Program-made: the position numbers and the translations under genes
Source: a virus
Virus record (IMG/VR): IMGVR_UViG_3300033143_002274
Coordinates: 11,167-75,166 of that record
Direction: 5' to 3' (one strand)
DNA length: 64,000 bases
Shown: piece by piece, positions 39,497 through 48,025 of the stretch
Layout: every line of letters starts with the position of its first letter
Position numbering within the stretch: position 1 is the first letter of the stretch
Notes under the pieces: model-generated
What the model was told of the DNA's origin: nothing
Seen by the model: the letters and a program-made list of their open reading frames with translations, nothing else
The model's database searches: none

Positions 39497-40041
39497 TGGA
39501 TTTTGACAGTAACTATAAATTTTTAGGTGAAGTTGATGTCACATCATTAATTGAAACTATTTCATCACTGTCTGATGAATGGTTAGAAGATACTGAGGTT
39601 TCTGATAGATACCGAACTCATAGAGAGACTGAAATAATCAGACTTAAATGGCCTACCGACTTAGGTGTATTTGAGTCTGCCACGAAAACTGCTAACTGGG
39701 ATAAGTTTGGATATTTAGTTGAACCAGTAATAGATATTATATCCGAAATTTATGGTGAGGGGTATCCAACCAGAGTAATGTTCAATAATCTAAATCCTGA
39801 TGCTACAATTTCCAGACATACTGATAATGGTTCACTTTTAACACAGATACACAGAATACATTTACCTATCTTGACGAATGATGATGTTCACTTTGTTATT
39901 AATGATGAACGCATCATAATGCCTGTTGGAAAGTTATGCGAGATTAACAATCAACGATATCATTCTGTGGTAAATAAGGGAACAACTGGCAGGGTTCATT
40001 TACTAATAGATTACTATGCACCAAAAACAAATATTCTATAA
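39496..40041 (+). CDS. Aspartyl/asparaginyl beta-hydroxylase-like 2OG-Fe(II) oxygenase
   Basis: ISRHTD, RIHLPI.TN, EINNQRYHSVVN.G...RVHL.ID. Confidence 0.85.
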   Translation: MDFDSNYKFLGEVDVTSLIETISSLSDEWLEDTEVSDRYRTHRETEIIRLKWPTDLGVFESATKTANWDKFGYLVEPVIDIISEIYGEGYPTRVMFNNLNPDATISRHTDNGSLLTQIHRIHLPILTNDDVHFVINDERIIMPVGKLCEINNQRYHSVVNKGTTGRVHLLIDYYAPKTNIL

Positions 40042-40615
40042 AAATCTTATTGACCGCGATACATGTAACGAAATTTGCCTGTGGGCGAAAGAGTTACGTT
40101 CTAAAAATATCCTTAAACTAAGAAGTAAAAAAGATCATAACCAAGTAGAACACGAAGGACAGTTTGCTGGTATGAGATACGGAACAAAAATTAAGGATTT
40201 GGGGGTAGAACCTCATTCAGCTTATCTAAGATTATTCAATACCGTTGCAAACGAAGTGCGAGATATCATTGGTGATGAACCTGAAGAATCAACATCTGTA
40301 GGACATTCCATAATGTACCATGAATATGGTGTCACCATATTAAACCATTATGACAATGGCACTAAATATGGAGATACCGTGTACAGATGTAATGTGATGA
40401 TAAATAAGTCTATGGAAGGTGGTGAACCCACCTTTGAAAACGTTAAGTACTCTGTTGATGTAGGTGACATGTGGACGAACTGGGGAGATCAGTTTATACA
40501 TGGTACTGAAATGACATCAGGTGATGAACCAAGAATACTAATATCTTTGGCATTCAAAGTTAAAAGAAACAAAGAAAACACTTTTAAGGAACAAGATAAA
40601 ACATTATGGAACTAA
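40016..40615 (+). CDS. 2OG-Fe(II) oxygenase
   Basis: HYD, GGEP, GDM, HGT, R...S. Confidence 0.8.
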   Translation: MHQKQIFYKNLIDRDTCNEICLWAKELRSKNILKLRSKKDHNQVEHEGQFAGMRYGTKIKDLGVEPHSAYLRLFNTVANEVRDIIGDEPEESTSVGHSIMYHEYGVTILNHYDNGTKYGDTVYRCNVMINKSMEGGEPTFENVKYSVDVGDMWTNWGDQFIHGTEMTSGDEPRILISLAFKVKRNKENTFKEQDKTLWN

Positions 40616-40986
40616 CACTAGAATACTTTTTATACTTTAACATATCATTCTTTGTAAGAATGGTATTAATTTTCACCTTGATGATGAAGTTTTACAATCA
40701 GGTAGATAAAGAAGGTGACATATGGTTGATAGTCGAATGGCCTTGGAAAGCAGTAGCAGTCGTATTCTTTGTCGTTGATATCATATATAACTGGTACTCA
40801 ACCTTAACTTTCTGGGATAAACCAGCATCATATGACGAAACGTTCTCATGGAGAATGGACAGGTACATCACAGCATACAAAGGCAAAGATAATCTGACCT
40901 TACTGGAAAAATGGCGTTACTATTTCGCAATCGGAACATGTAAAGTTCTGAGTTGGAGTGATCCAAAGCACTGCGGTGGCATCTAA
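40606..40986 (+). CDS. Membrane protein
   Basis: Two hydrophobic helices; ET.S.R and D..HC motifs. Confidence 0.65.
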   Translation: MELTLEYFLYFNISFFVRMVLIFTLMMKFYNQVDKEGDIWLIVEWPWKAVAVVFFVVDIIYNWYSTLTFWDKPASYDETFSWRMDRYITAYKGKDNLTLLEKWRYYFAIGTCKVLSWSDPKHCGGI

Positions 40987-41023
40987 ATCATAAATACTCT
41001 TATATACATATAGGAGTTTTAGG

Positions 41024-41377
41024 ATGTTCAAATATTTAGTTTTACTGGTAATCCCATTTAGTGTTATGGCAAGTGATCCACATCACGATCATGATCATGA
41101 CGGTGGTGGTACTACAACCAACACAACACAAATCACAAACATATACAATACCACAAGTGTTGCTATTGCAGGTGCAGTTGCACATGCAGCAAAATGTGAT
41201 TCAACTACATTTTCACTACAGGGTTCTGTTGGACTCAGTAATTATAAAGGTACTAATGCCGCAGCATTTGGTTTATGTCAACGGTATGATGATTTGACTG
41301 CCGGTCTATCTATTGCCCACCAAGAAGGTGATAAAGATCCGATGGTAAGTGTTGGTATTCATTGGAGATTCCCATAA
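41024..41377 (+). CDS. Minimal trimeric-autotransporter (YadA anchor-like) protein with His-rich N-terminus
   Basis: Signal peptide, HHDHDHD, AIAGAVA, SVGLSNYKGTNAAAFG, VSVGIHWRF; CATAAATA and GGAG upstream. Confidence 0.65.
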   Translation: MFKYLVLLVIPFSVMASDPHHDHDHDGGGTTTNTTQITNIYNTTSVAIAGAVAHAAKCDSTTFSLQGSVGLSNYKGTNAAAFGLCQRYDDLTAGLSIAHQEGDKDPMVSVGIHWRFP

Positions 41378-41628
41378 TGGCAAAGGATATTTACGACAAG
41401 ATACAAATAATGTCTGGTGTGTGTAAGGACAACTGGAAACTGTTAGTGATAATTTTCGCAAGTTTGACAGGTAATATATTACAGGCAACGTGGACTGACA
41501 ACATCAAGAAAGTTACTGAGTCTAAACCTGCACAGACAATCACCATCAAAGAAAAATGTAAACCACAAGTATGTGTATGCAAGTGTGAAATACCAATAGG
41601 CAAACATGTACGCAAGTATCACGAGTAA
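41377..41628 (+). CDS. Single-TM protein with Cys-rich C-terminus
   Basis: WKLLVIIFASLTGNIL; start refined to TAATG overlap. Confidence 0.55.
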   Translation: MAKDIYDKIQIMSGVCKDNWKLLVIIFASLTGNILQATWTDNIKKVTESKPAQTITIKEKCKPQVCVCKCEIPIGKHVRKYHE

Positions 41629-41938
41629 ATTACTCGTACTGTTACTTTTGTTTGGTCTTGTTGGGTGTGATTCTAATCCGAAGATTAAGATGACTCATTT
41701 TGATACAGCACCTGAAATCTTTATTGTATTCACAGAAGATTTTACTGATATCAGAAACAAATATGACAACCAATTAATAGTTGGATTGACTGAGTGGAAA
41801 GACGGTGTGTGTTATATATACGTCCCCCCATTAAAAGATGTGTATGACAGTATCAGTATGTGTGTTATCGGTCATGAAATTATGCATTGTGTTCTGGGAT
41901 ACTTCCATAATGAAGATGAAGGTAATAGTTGTTATTGA
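41606..41938 (+). CDS. Lipoprotein with HExxH zinc-peptidase motif
   Basis: Lipobox LVGC; GHEIMHCVLGYFH. Confidence 0.7.
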   Translation: MYASITSKLLVLLLLFGLVGCDSNPKIKMTHFDTAPEIFIVFTEDFTDIRNKYDNQLIVGLTEWKDGVCYIYVPPLKDVYDSISMCVIGHEIMHCVLGYFHNEDEGNSCY

Positions 41939-41963
41939 CAATTTTCATTTGATAATATAGTAT
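41935..41963 (+). promoter_or_regulatory. sigma70-type promoter
   Basis: TTGACA-17 bp-TAGTAT. Confidence 0.65.
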
Positions 41964-41982
41964 CTGCTCAGGGGTACTAATT

Positions 41983-42249
41983 ATGTATGATAAATTGTTC
42001 GATGTATTACAGGCTAACTACAATCTTCCGGTTACACCAAAGATGATGGAAGATATGGGTATGAAGTTGGTGGAAGGTGCGTTAAATATACCAAACGTTT
42101 GGTGGACTAATTCATATCAATCCGGTTATATAGTAATAAACCTCAGTGGTAATGAATCAATCTTTGATGTGGTTAAATCAATCATTAATGAAGATGCTGC
42201 TGCTTACGAAACCGAAGTTGCAGAAGAACGTGCTGGTATAGATATTTAG
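41983..42249 (+). CDS. Hypothetical early protein
   Basis: Own promoter and AGGGG RBS. Confidence 0.65.
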   Translation: MYDKLFDVLQANYNLPVTPKMMEDMGMKLVEGALNIPNVWWTNSYQSGYIVINLSGNESIFDVVKSIINEDAAAYETEVAEERAGIDI

Positions 42250-43745
42250 AATATTACTGGCAAGGGATCAAACTCACTGTCATCAAGTTCCCCTATTAAC
42301 TCAACACTGTTCAATGTGTCGTAAACATCTGCTTCCCATTGAGCAAGTTCCTCAATCATATTACAAAACAGTACAACACCCATTACCAAGTCATCTGTCT
42401 TACCAGTTTCAGCAGCGAACGATGCACCTTTCTTAATAAAGAATTTCAATTCACTTATCAGAAACTTACTGTTAATTTTCATACGATCAGATTCAATTAA
42501 GTCCTTCATACGAGTACATCCCTTCATCTTGGTTTTGTTGGTTGTAAGGATACCATCATGCTTCCCTATGCTGACCATTTCAGCCTTATCCAGAATCTTA
42601 TCAGTTGTATTACGAAGTAATTGTGTTACCCCCATACCGATACTGTTTGCTTCCACGGTGTAATAGATTTGACCTGCACCCTTATCATATAAATTTTTGA
42701 GTATCTTCAGAAAGACTTTGGTGAAATCTGTGATGTTCAATAAGTTGTTTCTGAACTCAGCAAGTTGTTCAAATGTTTCTAAATCGAATACTTGTACGGT
42801 GGTATAATCTTGTCCTGTACCTGTACCAACATCAACACTTACGCCTAAGTTTCTTTTGGATACTGATTTGAAATATCTTAAATCACCAAACGTAGTCATG
42901 ACATCTTTAGGTACTAATGCTTCGAGTATAGGCGAATAAATTAATGTTCCTGATGATGACAAGAATGCATTCTCATACTCTTGTGCATACTCAGTTGCTG
43001 ACATATCCTTCAGCATCATTTCTTTAAAATTTTCGTCCCTATCAGGTACTTGACTGTTGACTACTTCAATCGGGTTATAATCGTTTGTTCCTTGTAATGC
43101 TCTGAACCATAACTCAGCAAACTTTCCTTCTGAACCATTAGGTGTGCTGGTTGCAATCATTCTGCTGTTGGGTGCTGACAATGATGGCAGAATTGCTTTC
43201 CACCATTCTTCCATGATGTTAGGTTTGATGAACGCCATTTCATCCACATAGAGTATTGATAATGACATACCACGATATGTACTTTCTGTGGTTGTCTGTG
43301 ACATAATTTTAGAGTTATTACTGAATACAATATCGAATACGTTATAACTTGTTACGGCAGGTTTGATCCATGTAGGTAAATTTTCATATGCATATCTGAA
43401 TCTGGATATAATTTCTTTTGCACCACTACCTTTGTGGGCTGTTACCCCAATGATAACATCAGGAAAGAAAATTGCCTGATGTAAAAGGTATGCAACGATT
43501 GTTGTGGTCTTACCGGATTGTCTTACCTGACATAAGATAGTCTTATTGTATTCTTGTAAATCTTCAATAACTTGTAATTGGTAATCATATAGATCGAAAA
43601 GAACTGCACCACGTGTGGGATGCTGTATGTACACATAATTTCTGATGAAGTATTCAATGTCACCAATACATTTTGCCATTTCAATTGCTTGTTTTTTGGT
43701 TATGTTATTATCATCTGTTAATAACTTGACCCCAAGTTTAGGCAT
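42246..43745 (-). CDS. gp17: Terminase large subunit
   Basis: LYDYQ, RQSGKT, YVDEMAF, TSTPNG, QEY, D...G.G.DY, DDLVM. Confidence 0.96.
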   Translation of the reverse strand: MPKLGVKLLTDDNNITKKQAIEMAKCIGDIEYFIRNYVYIQHPTRGAVLFDLYDYQLQVIEDLQEYNKTILCQVRQSGKTTTIVAYLLHQAIFFPDVIIGVTAHKGSGAKEIISRFRYAYENLPTWIKPAVTSYNVFDIVFSNNSKIMSQTTTESTYRGMSLSILYVDEMAFIKPNIMEEWWKAILPSLSAPNSRMIATSTPNGSEGKFAELWFRALQGTNDYNPIEVVNSQVPDRDENFKEMMLKDMSATEYAQEYENAFLSSSGTLIYSPILEALVPKDVMTTFGDLRYFKSVSKRNLGVSVDVGTGTGQDYTTVQVFDLETFEQLAEFRNNLLNITDFTKVFLKILKNLYDKGAGQIYYTVEANSIGMGVTQLLRNTTDKILDKAEMVSIGKHDGILTTNKTKMKGCTRMKDLIESDRMKINSKFLISELKFFIKKGASFAAETGKTDDLVMGVVLFCNMIEELAQWEADVYDTLNSVELIGELDDSEFDPLPVIF

Positions 43746-44392
43746 TACTCATACCCTTCTCTAATTTCATCTGCGAATCCATACTTGACTGCTTCTTCTG
43801 CGGTCAAATAGAATTCTTCTTTTTCACTCATGTTCTTCACTAACCATTTGGTTATGTGTTTGATTGTTTTACCTTTCCAGAAACTTTGTTTACGTAGATG
43901 ACTGACGTACACAGCAATCATTTGCTCAGATGCTTTTTCGTTTTGCTCATATTCAGTTCTGAATTGTTTGATTGTTCCACCTGTATGAATACTCCCTTCA
44001 TGAATCATATAGGTACTGTGAGGCATCATGATGCGTTTGTCTGCGGCAAGGTATATCAAAGATGACATACTTCGCGCATGGGTGTAGTTTATGATGGTTA
44101 CGGTGTTGTTACATGCTTTGATTGCATCATAGATTGCCATACCTTCAGTCCATTCACCACCACATGTTTTCATATGAATAGTAATGGGTTCATCAGAATT
44201 ATTAGACAGGATGTTCAGGTTTTTGATGAATCTGTTTGCCATAAGAAATTCGACACCGGGTTCACCAGTTTCCTCGACACCAATACCAGAAACATAAGTT
44301 TCTTCGCCTATCAGATAAATTTCATTATTGACAACATCTATTCCACTGATGTGGATGTCGTGGATTACATCATTACTTACTATTTTTGTCAT
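43745..44392 (-). CDS. clpP: ClpP-like serine protease
   Basis: GG....AIYD, ARSMSSLI, YMIHE, YLTAEEAVKYGFADEI. Confidence 0.85.
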   Translation of the reverse strand: MTKIVSNDVIHDIHISGIDVVNNEIYLIGEETYVSGIGVEETGEPGVEFLMANRFIKNLNILSNNSDEPITIHMKTCGGEWTEGMAIYDAIKACNNTVTIINYTHARSMSSLIYLAADKRIMMPHSTYMIHEGSIHTGGTIKQFRTEYEQNEKASEQMIAVYVSHLRKQSFWKGKTIKHITKWLVKNMSEKEEFYLTAEEAVKYGFADEIREGYE

Positions 44393-44693
44393 TCTTGTTC
44401 ACACAATCTTTGTAGTAACGAATAATTGCATTTTTCTTTTTGATGTGTTCCAAAATCTCAGCAGTGTTAATTGACATCTTCTCATAACCAGTTGGTGTCA
44501 CCGATACCCATAACACTCCATTCACATCTTTGACAACATAGAACGTTGGAGTACGCATTACAATCTGCCCAGCTTTAGGTGGTGTCAGACACGTGTTCAC
44601 ATGTTCAGTAGACACATTGACCACGTTAGGTTTTACCCCGCTACATGCGCTCATAAGCAGTCCCATGAGTAGTAATACTATTAGTTTATTCAT
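44373..44693 (-). CDS. o-spanin (lipoprotein)
   Basis: MNKLIVLLLMGLLMSAC lipobox; follows i-spanin. Confidence 0.75.
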   Translation of the reverse strand: MNKLIVLLLMGLLMSACSGVKPNVVNVSTEHVNTCLTPPKAGQIVMRTPTFYVVKDVNGVLWVSVTPTGYEKMSINTAEILEHIKKKNAIIRYYKDCVNKNDKNSK

Positions 44694-45060
44694 TGCGACT
44701 TGCTTCCTCGATTTCTTTAAAAATCTTCTTTGTGGCAGCATTCATCTTCTTTGTGATCCATGCAGGTTTAGCATTATAAAGTTTGGTGAAATTGTGATCA
44801 GCGAATAATTTGATGACTGCATTTTTTGATTCAACTGCTTTAAAGAATTTGACGTTTAGCTCACCATTGAGCACTTGAGTTCGGGCAAGGTCTTCTTTAA
44901 ATTGTGATTTTTCAGCAGAAAGGACATCGTTAGCAAGCTGAAGTTTGCCTACATTAGCAGTAAGTGTTGCATTATCTTGTTGAAGATTGGTTACGTATGT
45001 GTAACCTAAGTAGATTATCAGTAGTACCGCAGCACCACCAATCATTTTTGCATATAACAT
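44686..45060 (-). CDS. i-spanin
   Basis: N-terminal TM plus coiled coil, in lysis cluster. Confidence 0.75.
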   Translation of the reverse strand: MLYAKMIGGAAVLLIIYLGYTYVTNLQQDNATLTANVGKLQLANDVLSAEKSQFKEDLARTQVLNGELNVKFFKAVESKNAVIKLFADHNFTKLYNAKPAWITKKMNAATKKIFKEIEEASRNE

Positions 45061-45096
45061 ATATCCCCCTATATGAGTCTATATGTATTTAGGGAG

Positions 45097-45372
45097 TTAA
45101 ATTTGTCTGGTGAAAATAGAATCAGCAGTATATCCAGCAAGCAGTGCTGCAATATATGAGATTTCGCCAGTTGATATCATCAAGAAGAATCCAGCAATAC
45201 CACCCAACACAGATAATGTCGTTTGATAAGGGAATTTCATGAAGTAATCTTTCGGTGAAATTAGTGTGCCTTGCTTGTTTAGTTCAGCAAGTTTTTTAAC
45301 CATATGAGCAATAACGCCCATTGCCATTGCACCAAAGTAAAGTCCGTATTGTAAGTAGTTAATATCTTCCAT
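45097..45372 (-). CDS. Putative holin
   Basis: 91 aa, three hydrophobic segments, next to endolysin. Confidence 0.65.
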   Translation of the reverse strand: MEDINYLQYGLYFGAMAMGVIAHMVKKLAELNKQGTLISPKDYFMKFPYQTTLSVLGGIAGFFLMISTGEISYIAALLAGYTADSIFTRQI

Positions 45373-45380
45373 AGTAGTAT

Positions 45381-45833
45381 TTATAATTTTAGTTCAATAT
45401 GTGGGAGGTCATGAAACTTTTGGTCAAGTAAGTTCTTATCAGAATCCCAATCTGCACCCATACGAATAGGTATATCCAATTCTTCTGCAATACGTTTTAC
45501 ATACCCAAGAAACATATAGAATGCACCGATAGTTCTAAGATATTCTTCTGAGGTTTGTGTGTCAGGATTAGGCCAGATTTGACCACCCATTTCGGGTATA
45601 TATGGAACAATATCTACCGCAGTAGAAAGTGCTGGGGGAATTGCGTTATGCTTTGAGTTAGGCCATTTAACCGTAGTTACCTTACGTTCAAAATATTCAT
45701 CTTGTATATATCTGGGTCTGCGTCCTTCTATAATAGAACAATCAAACCCCTTCACAACTTCTTCCATAAGACGTTGTAAACTTGGATGACAAGTTTCCAA
45801 TCTGGATCTTGATTTGCTGCCGAAGCTAGGCAT
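45381..45833 (-). CDS. Endolysin, peptidase M15 (L-Ala-D-Glu peptidase) family
   Basis: S..RL..CHP.L, EG.R, SKH, AVDI, GADW, DLPHIEL. Confidence 0.9.
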   Translation of the reverse strand: MPSFGSKSRSRLETCHPSLQRLMEEVVKGFDCSIIEGRRPRYIQDEYFERKVTTVKWPNSKHNAIPPALSTAVDIVPYIPEMGGQIWPNPDTQTSEEYLRTIGAFYMFLGYVKRIAEELDIPIRMGADWDSDKNLLDQKFHDLPHIELKL

Positions 45834-46093
45834 TATGGTTTTTTGTCTGACTTTCTGTCTAACTTTTCATCAATACGATCTAACTTAGTGAAAAGGTTAT
45901 CAATTATGTATTGGAAATCTGTCTTCCCTACATAACGGTTACTTAAGTTCGATATCAAATCGTAATGATTATCTTTTAGTTTTTCGTGCTTGTCGCTCAT
46001 TTCTTTAATTCTCCCAAGAATTATTCTTATGAATGCTGACAGGATAATACCTGATAGACCTAACGCCCAATTTAATAGTTCTGCTGTTGACAT
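45833..46093 (-). CDS. Single-TM coiled-coil lysis-associated protein
   Basis: N-terminal TM, YV.K.DF...KLDRIDEKLD; coupled to endolysin. Confidence 0.65.
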   Translation of the reverse strand: MSTAELLNWALGLSGIILSAFIRIILGRIKEMSDKHEKLKDNHYDLISNLSNRYVGKTDFQYIIDNLFTKLDRIDEKLDRKSDKKP

Positions 46094-46109
46094 GTTTTAC
46101 CCTAATTTT

Positions 46110-46184
46110 CATAAATACTTACTAGACTGAGTTGTAGAAGTTTCGTTTTTCCTCCTTTTAACGTTGCTTCTCGCTCAGTTTTTT
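46110..46184 (+). ncRNA. Candidate late small RNA: CATAAATA promoter, long hairpin with CCUCCUU loop, U6 tail
   Basis: AGACTGAG/CTCAGTTT, AGAAGT/GCTTCT, CGTT/AACG stems; G-U pairs form only on + strand. Confidence 0.5.
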
Positions 46185-46521
46185 AATTTCTTAATGGAAC
46201 AATCCCATCATTTGTTATACCCCATTGCTTCAACAGGGAACTTATATTCTGTGATACCGTTTTCTTTCCGCTTACTGGTGATTTGATGTTAGCAAGATGA
46301 CCAAAATGTTCATTGCCTAATCCTTTCCAATCAGATGTTGTGACAAAACGCCACCCATCACTATTCTTACGTTTAATTTTTGCAACACATTTGGCACAAC
46401 CAAGTGAATCTCTTTTGTATAATTCTACGCGGTCAGGCCAAGCAGCAAATTCAACTTTACCAATGGAAGCAACTGAGGTCATACCTGTTGCTGCGGTTTC
46501 AAATATATCGTTTATTTTCAT
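46183..46521 (-). CDS. Putative internal head protein
   Basis: MKINDIFETAATG leader. Confidence 0.6.
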   Translation of the reverse strand: MKINDIFETAATGMTSVASIGKVEFAAWPDRVELYKRDSLGCAKCVAKIKRKNSDGWRFVTTSDWKGLGNEHFGHLANIKSPVSGKKTVSQNISSLLKQWGITNDGIVPLRN

Positions 46522-46889
46522 GATTTGTTCTTCTTAACTAATTCAACTAAAAATTCATCACGGTCAAATGGTTTGTCTTCAGTTTTCTTACCAGTATCTT
46601 CTGGGGTTTTTGATTGGTTTTGTTTTTCTTCTTTAAGACGTAAATCTTCATCTTTGGCAAGAGCGTCTTTTGCAAGAACAAGGAATGTTTGAGCAACTTC
46701 AATATTACGTGCTCTGTATTTTGCATCAAAGTTGGCAATGTCAAGCATCTGTTCTTTGTATGCTTTAAGTGCAAGTTGTGCAACTTCATTCAGATTGGGA
46801 TTATCTGAAAAATTATAACGTTCTTCCAATTCTTTTAACATAGGATCATCAGATGCTGGAAGTCCGAAAGTGTCTTCTAACTTAGACAT
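46518..46889 (-). CDS. Putative terminase small subunit
   Basis: KLEDTFGL..A..A..Y..R.R.IEVA..L..A..DR pattern; upstream of gp17 on same strand. Confidence 0.5.
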   Translation of the reverse strand: MSKLEDTFGLPASDDPMLKELEERYNFSDNPNLNEVAQLALKAYKEQMLDIANFDAKYRARNIEVAQTFLVLAKDALAKDEDLRLKEEKQNQSKTPEDTGKKTEDKPFDRDEFLVELVKKNKS

Positions 46890-47413
46890 TAGCTTTGTGT
46901 CCAGATGTCCACAGTACCAGAGCCAGTTTTAACGAATTGTAGACCAGTACCAGAACCTTCAACGAAAGTAAATTTAGATAGACCTGCGCCAATAACTTCA
47001 TATGATACGAAATTACCTACGTCAATTGCACCATCAATTGTGACAGTATCATCTGTGATAACTTCAGCAGTTACAGTAGCAGTGGCAAATGTTAATGCTA
47101 ATGCGGTAACACCAGTTATGACATATGCAGAACCATCATTGCTTGCAGTGTTAGCAATAGTCAGTGTCATACCAACACCAAAACCATCATCAATCCAACT
47201 GCCTCGGTTACGAGTAAGTGAATCATCACCACCTGCACCATCAACGAATTCCAACGAAACATTATCACCAACATATGCTCCGATAACTTGTTCCTTTAGT
47301 GTTATCCTTACGTCAACTGTTGCTGTGCCACCACATTTTATGATGTATGAAACATCTTGTGGTGTCTTTATAACGATAGTGCCTGTGTTAAGATATTCTC
47401 TGATCGCGCTCAT
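46889..47413 (-). CDS. Virion decoration-like beta protein
   Basis: Late promoter, GGAG RBS, contains GSWIDDGF module. Confidence 0.6.
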   Translation of the reverse strand: MSAIREYLNTGTIVIKTPQDVSYIIKCGGTATVDVRITLKEQVIGAYVGDNVSLEFVDGAGGDDSLTRNRGSWIDDGFGVGMTLTIANTASNDGSAYVITGVTALALTFATATVTAEVITDDTVTIDGAIDVGNFVSYEVIGAGLSKFTFVEGSGTGLQFVKTGSGTVDIWTQS

Positions 47414-47446
47414 TTGTATAAATCTCCAATAATATCTTAGTATTTA

Positions 47447-47914
47447 TCAATTTACGTAAACATCTACATAAGTTTGACCAAAATCGTCAATTGTTATGTC
47501 ATTATTTTCGTTGTAATGGTTTTTGTAAAATCTGGCGAGTACAACTAAGTCATCATCAATCACATCTTCACCACGACTATCGTAATATGCATACAACATA
47601 GCAACCATGAATGCGATATTATGATCAAGTTCATCTTTGATTGTATTGAATGTTTCAATTGAAACATCTATACCTGATGCAGCATGTACAGCTTCTTTAA
47701 GATTGGATTTGAATCTGATGTATTCTTTGGCAGTGTAGTCGATGCGTTCTTCGTCCATCATCATAAACCCATGTTTACTGCCATCAAACAAATCGGTGTT
47801 GTATGATTCGACTGCAAACGTTGCCTTGATTAACTTAACCATTGCAGGTTCATTTACGTCCATCACGGACAAAGTTCGTTTTACTATCTCAGAAAGGTTT
47901 TCTGGATTAATCAT
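47447..47914 (-). CDS. Lysozyme-fold-like protein (degenerate)
   Basis: T.AVES, HG..MM, L..N.....AM, A.FYK.HYN. Confidence 0.4.
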   Translation of the reverse strand: MINPENLSEIVKRTLSVMDVNEPAMVKLIKATFAVESYNTDLFDGSKHGFMMMDEERIDYTAKEYIRFKSNLKEAVHAASGIDVSIETFNTIKDELDHNIAFMVAMLYAYYDSRGEDVIDDDLVVLARFYKNHYNENNDITIDDFGQTYVDVYVN

Positions 47915-48025
47915 TTTGGTTCTCCTTCTATTTAGTGTTATTTATCGTTTTTAAATGCAGATGATTTCGTTTAATTTTGGATGATGTTGTGTAAATAATT
48001 ATATGAATAACCAGAAGGAAACACA

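Noticed and set aside
46100-46185. Stop-codon readthrough of the 46183-46521 gene (frame stays open ~26 codons)
   Set aside because: TAA stop and short open stretch are compatible with chance; region better explained by the hairpin
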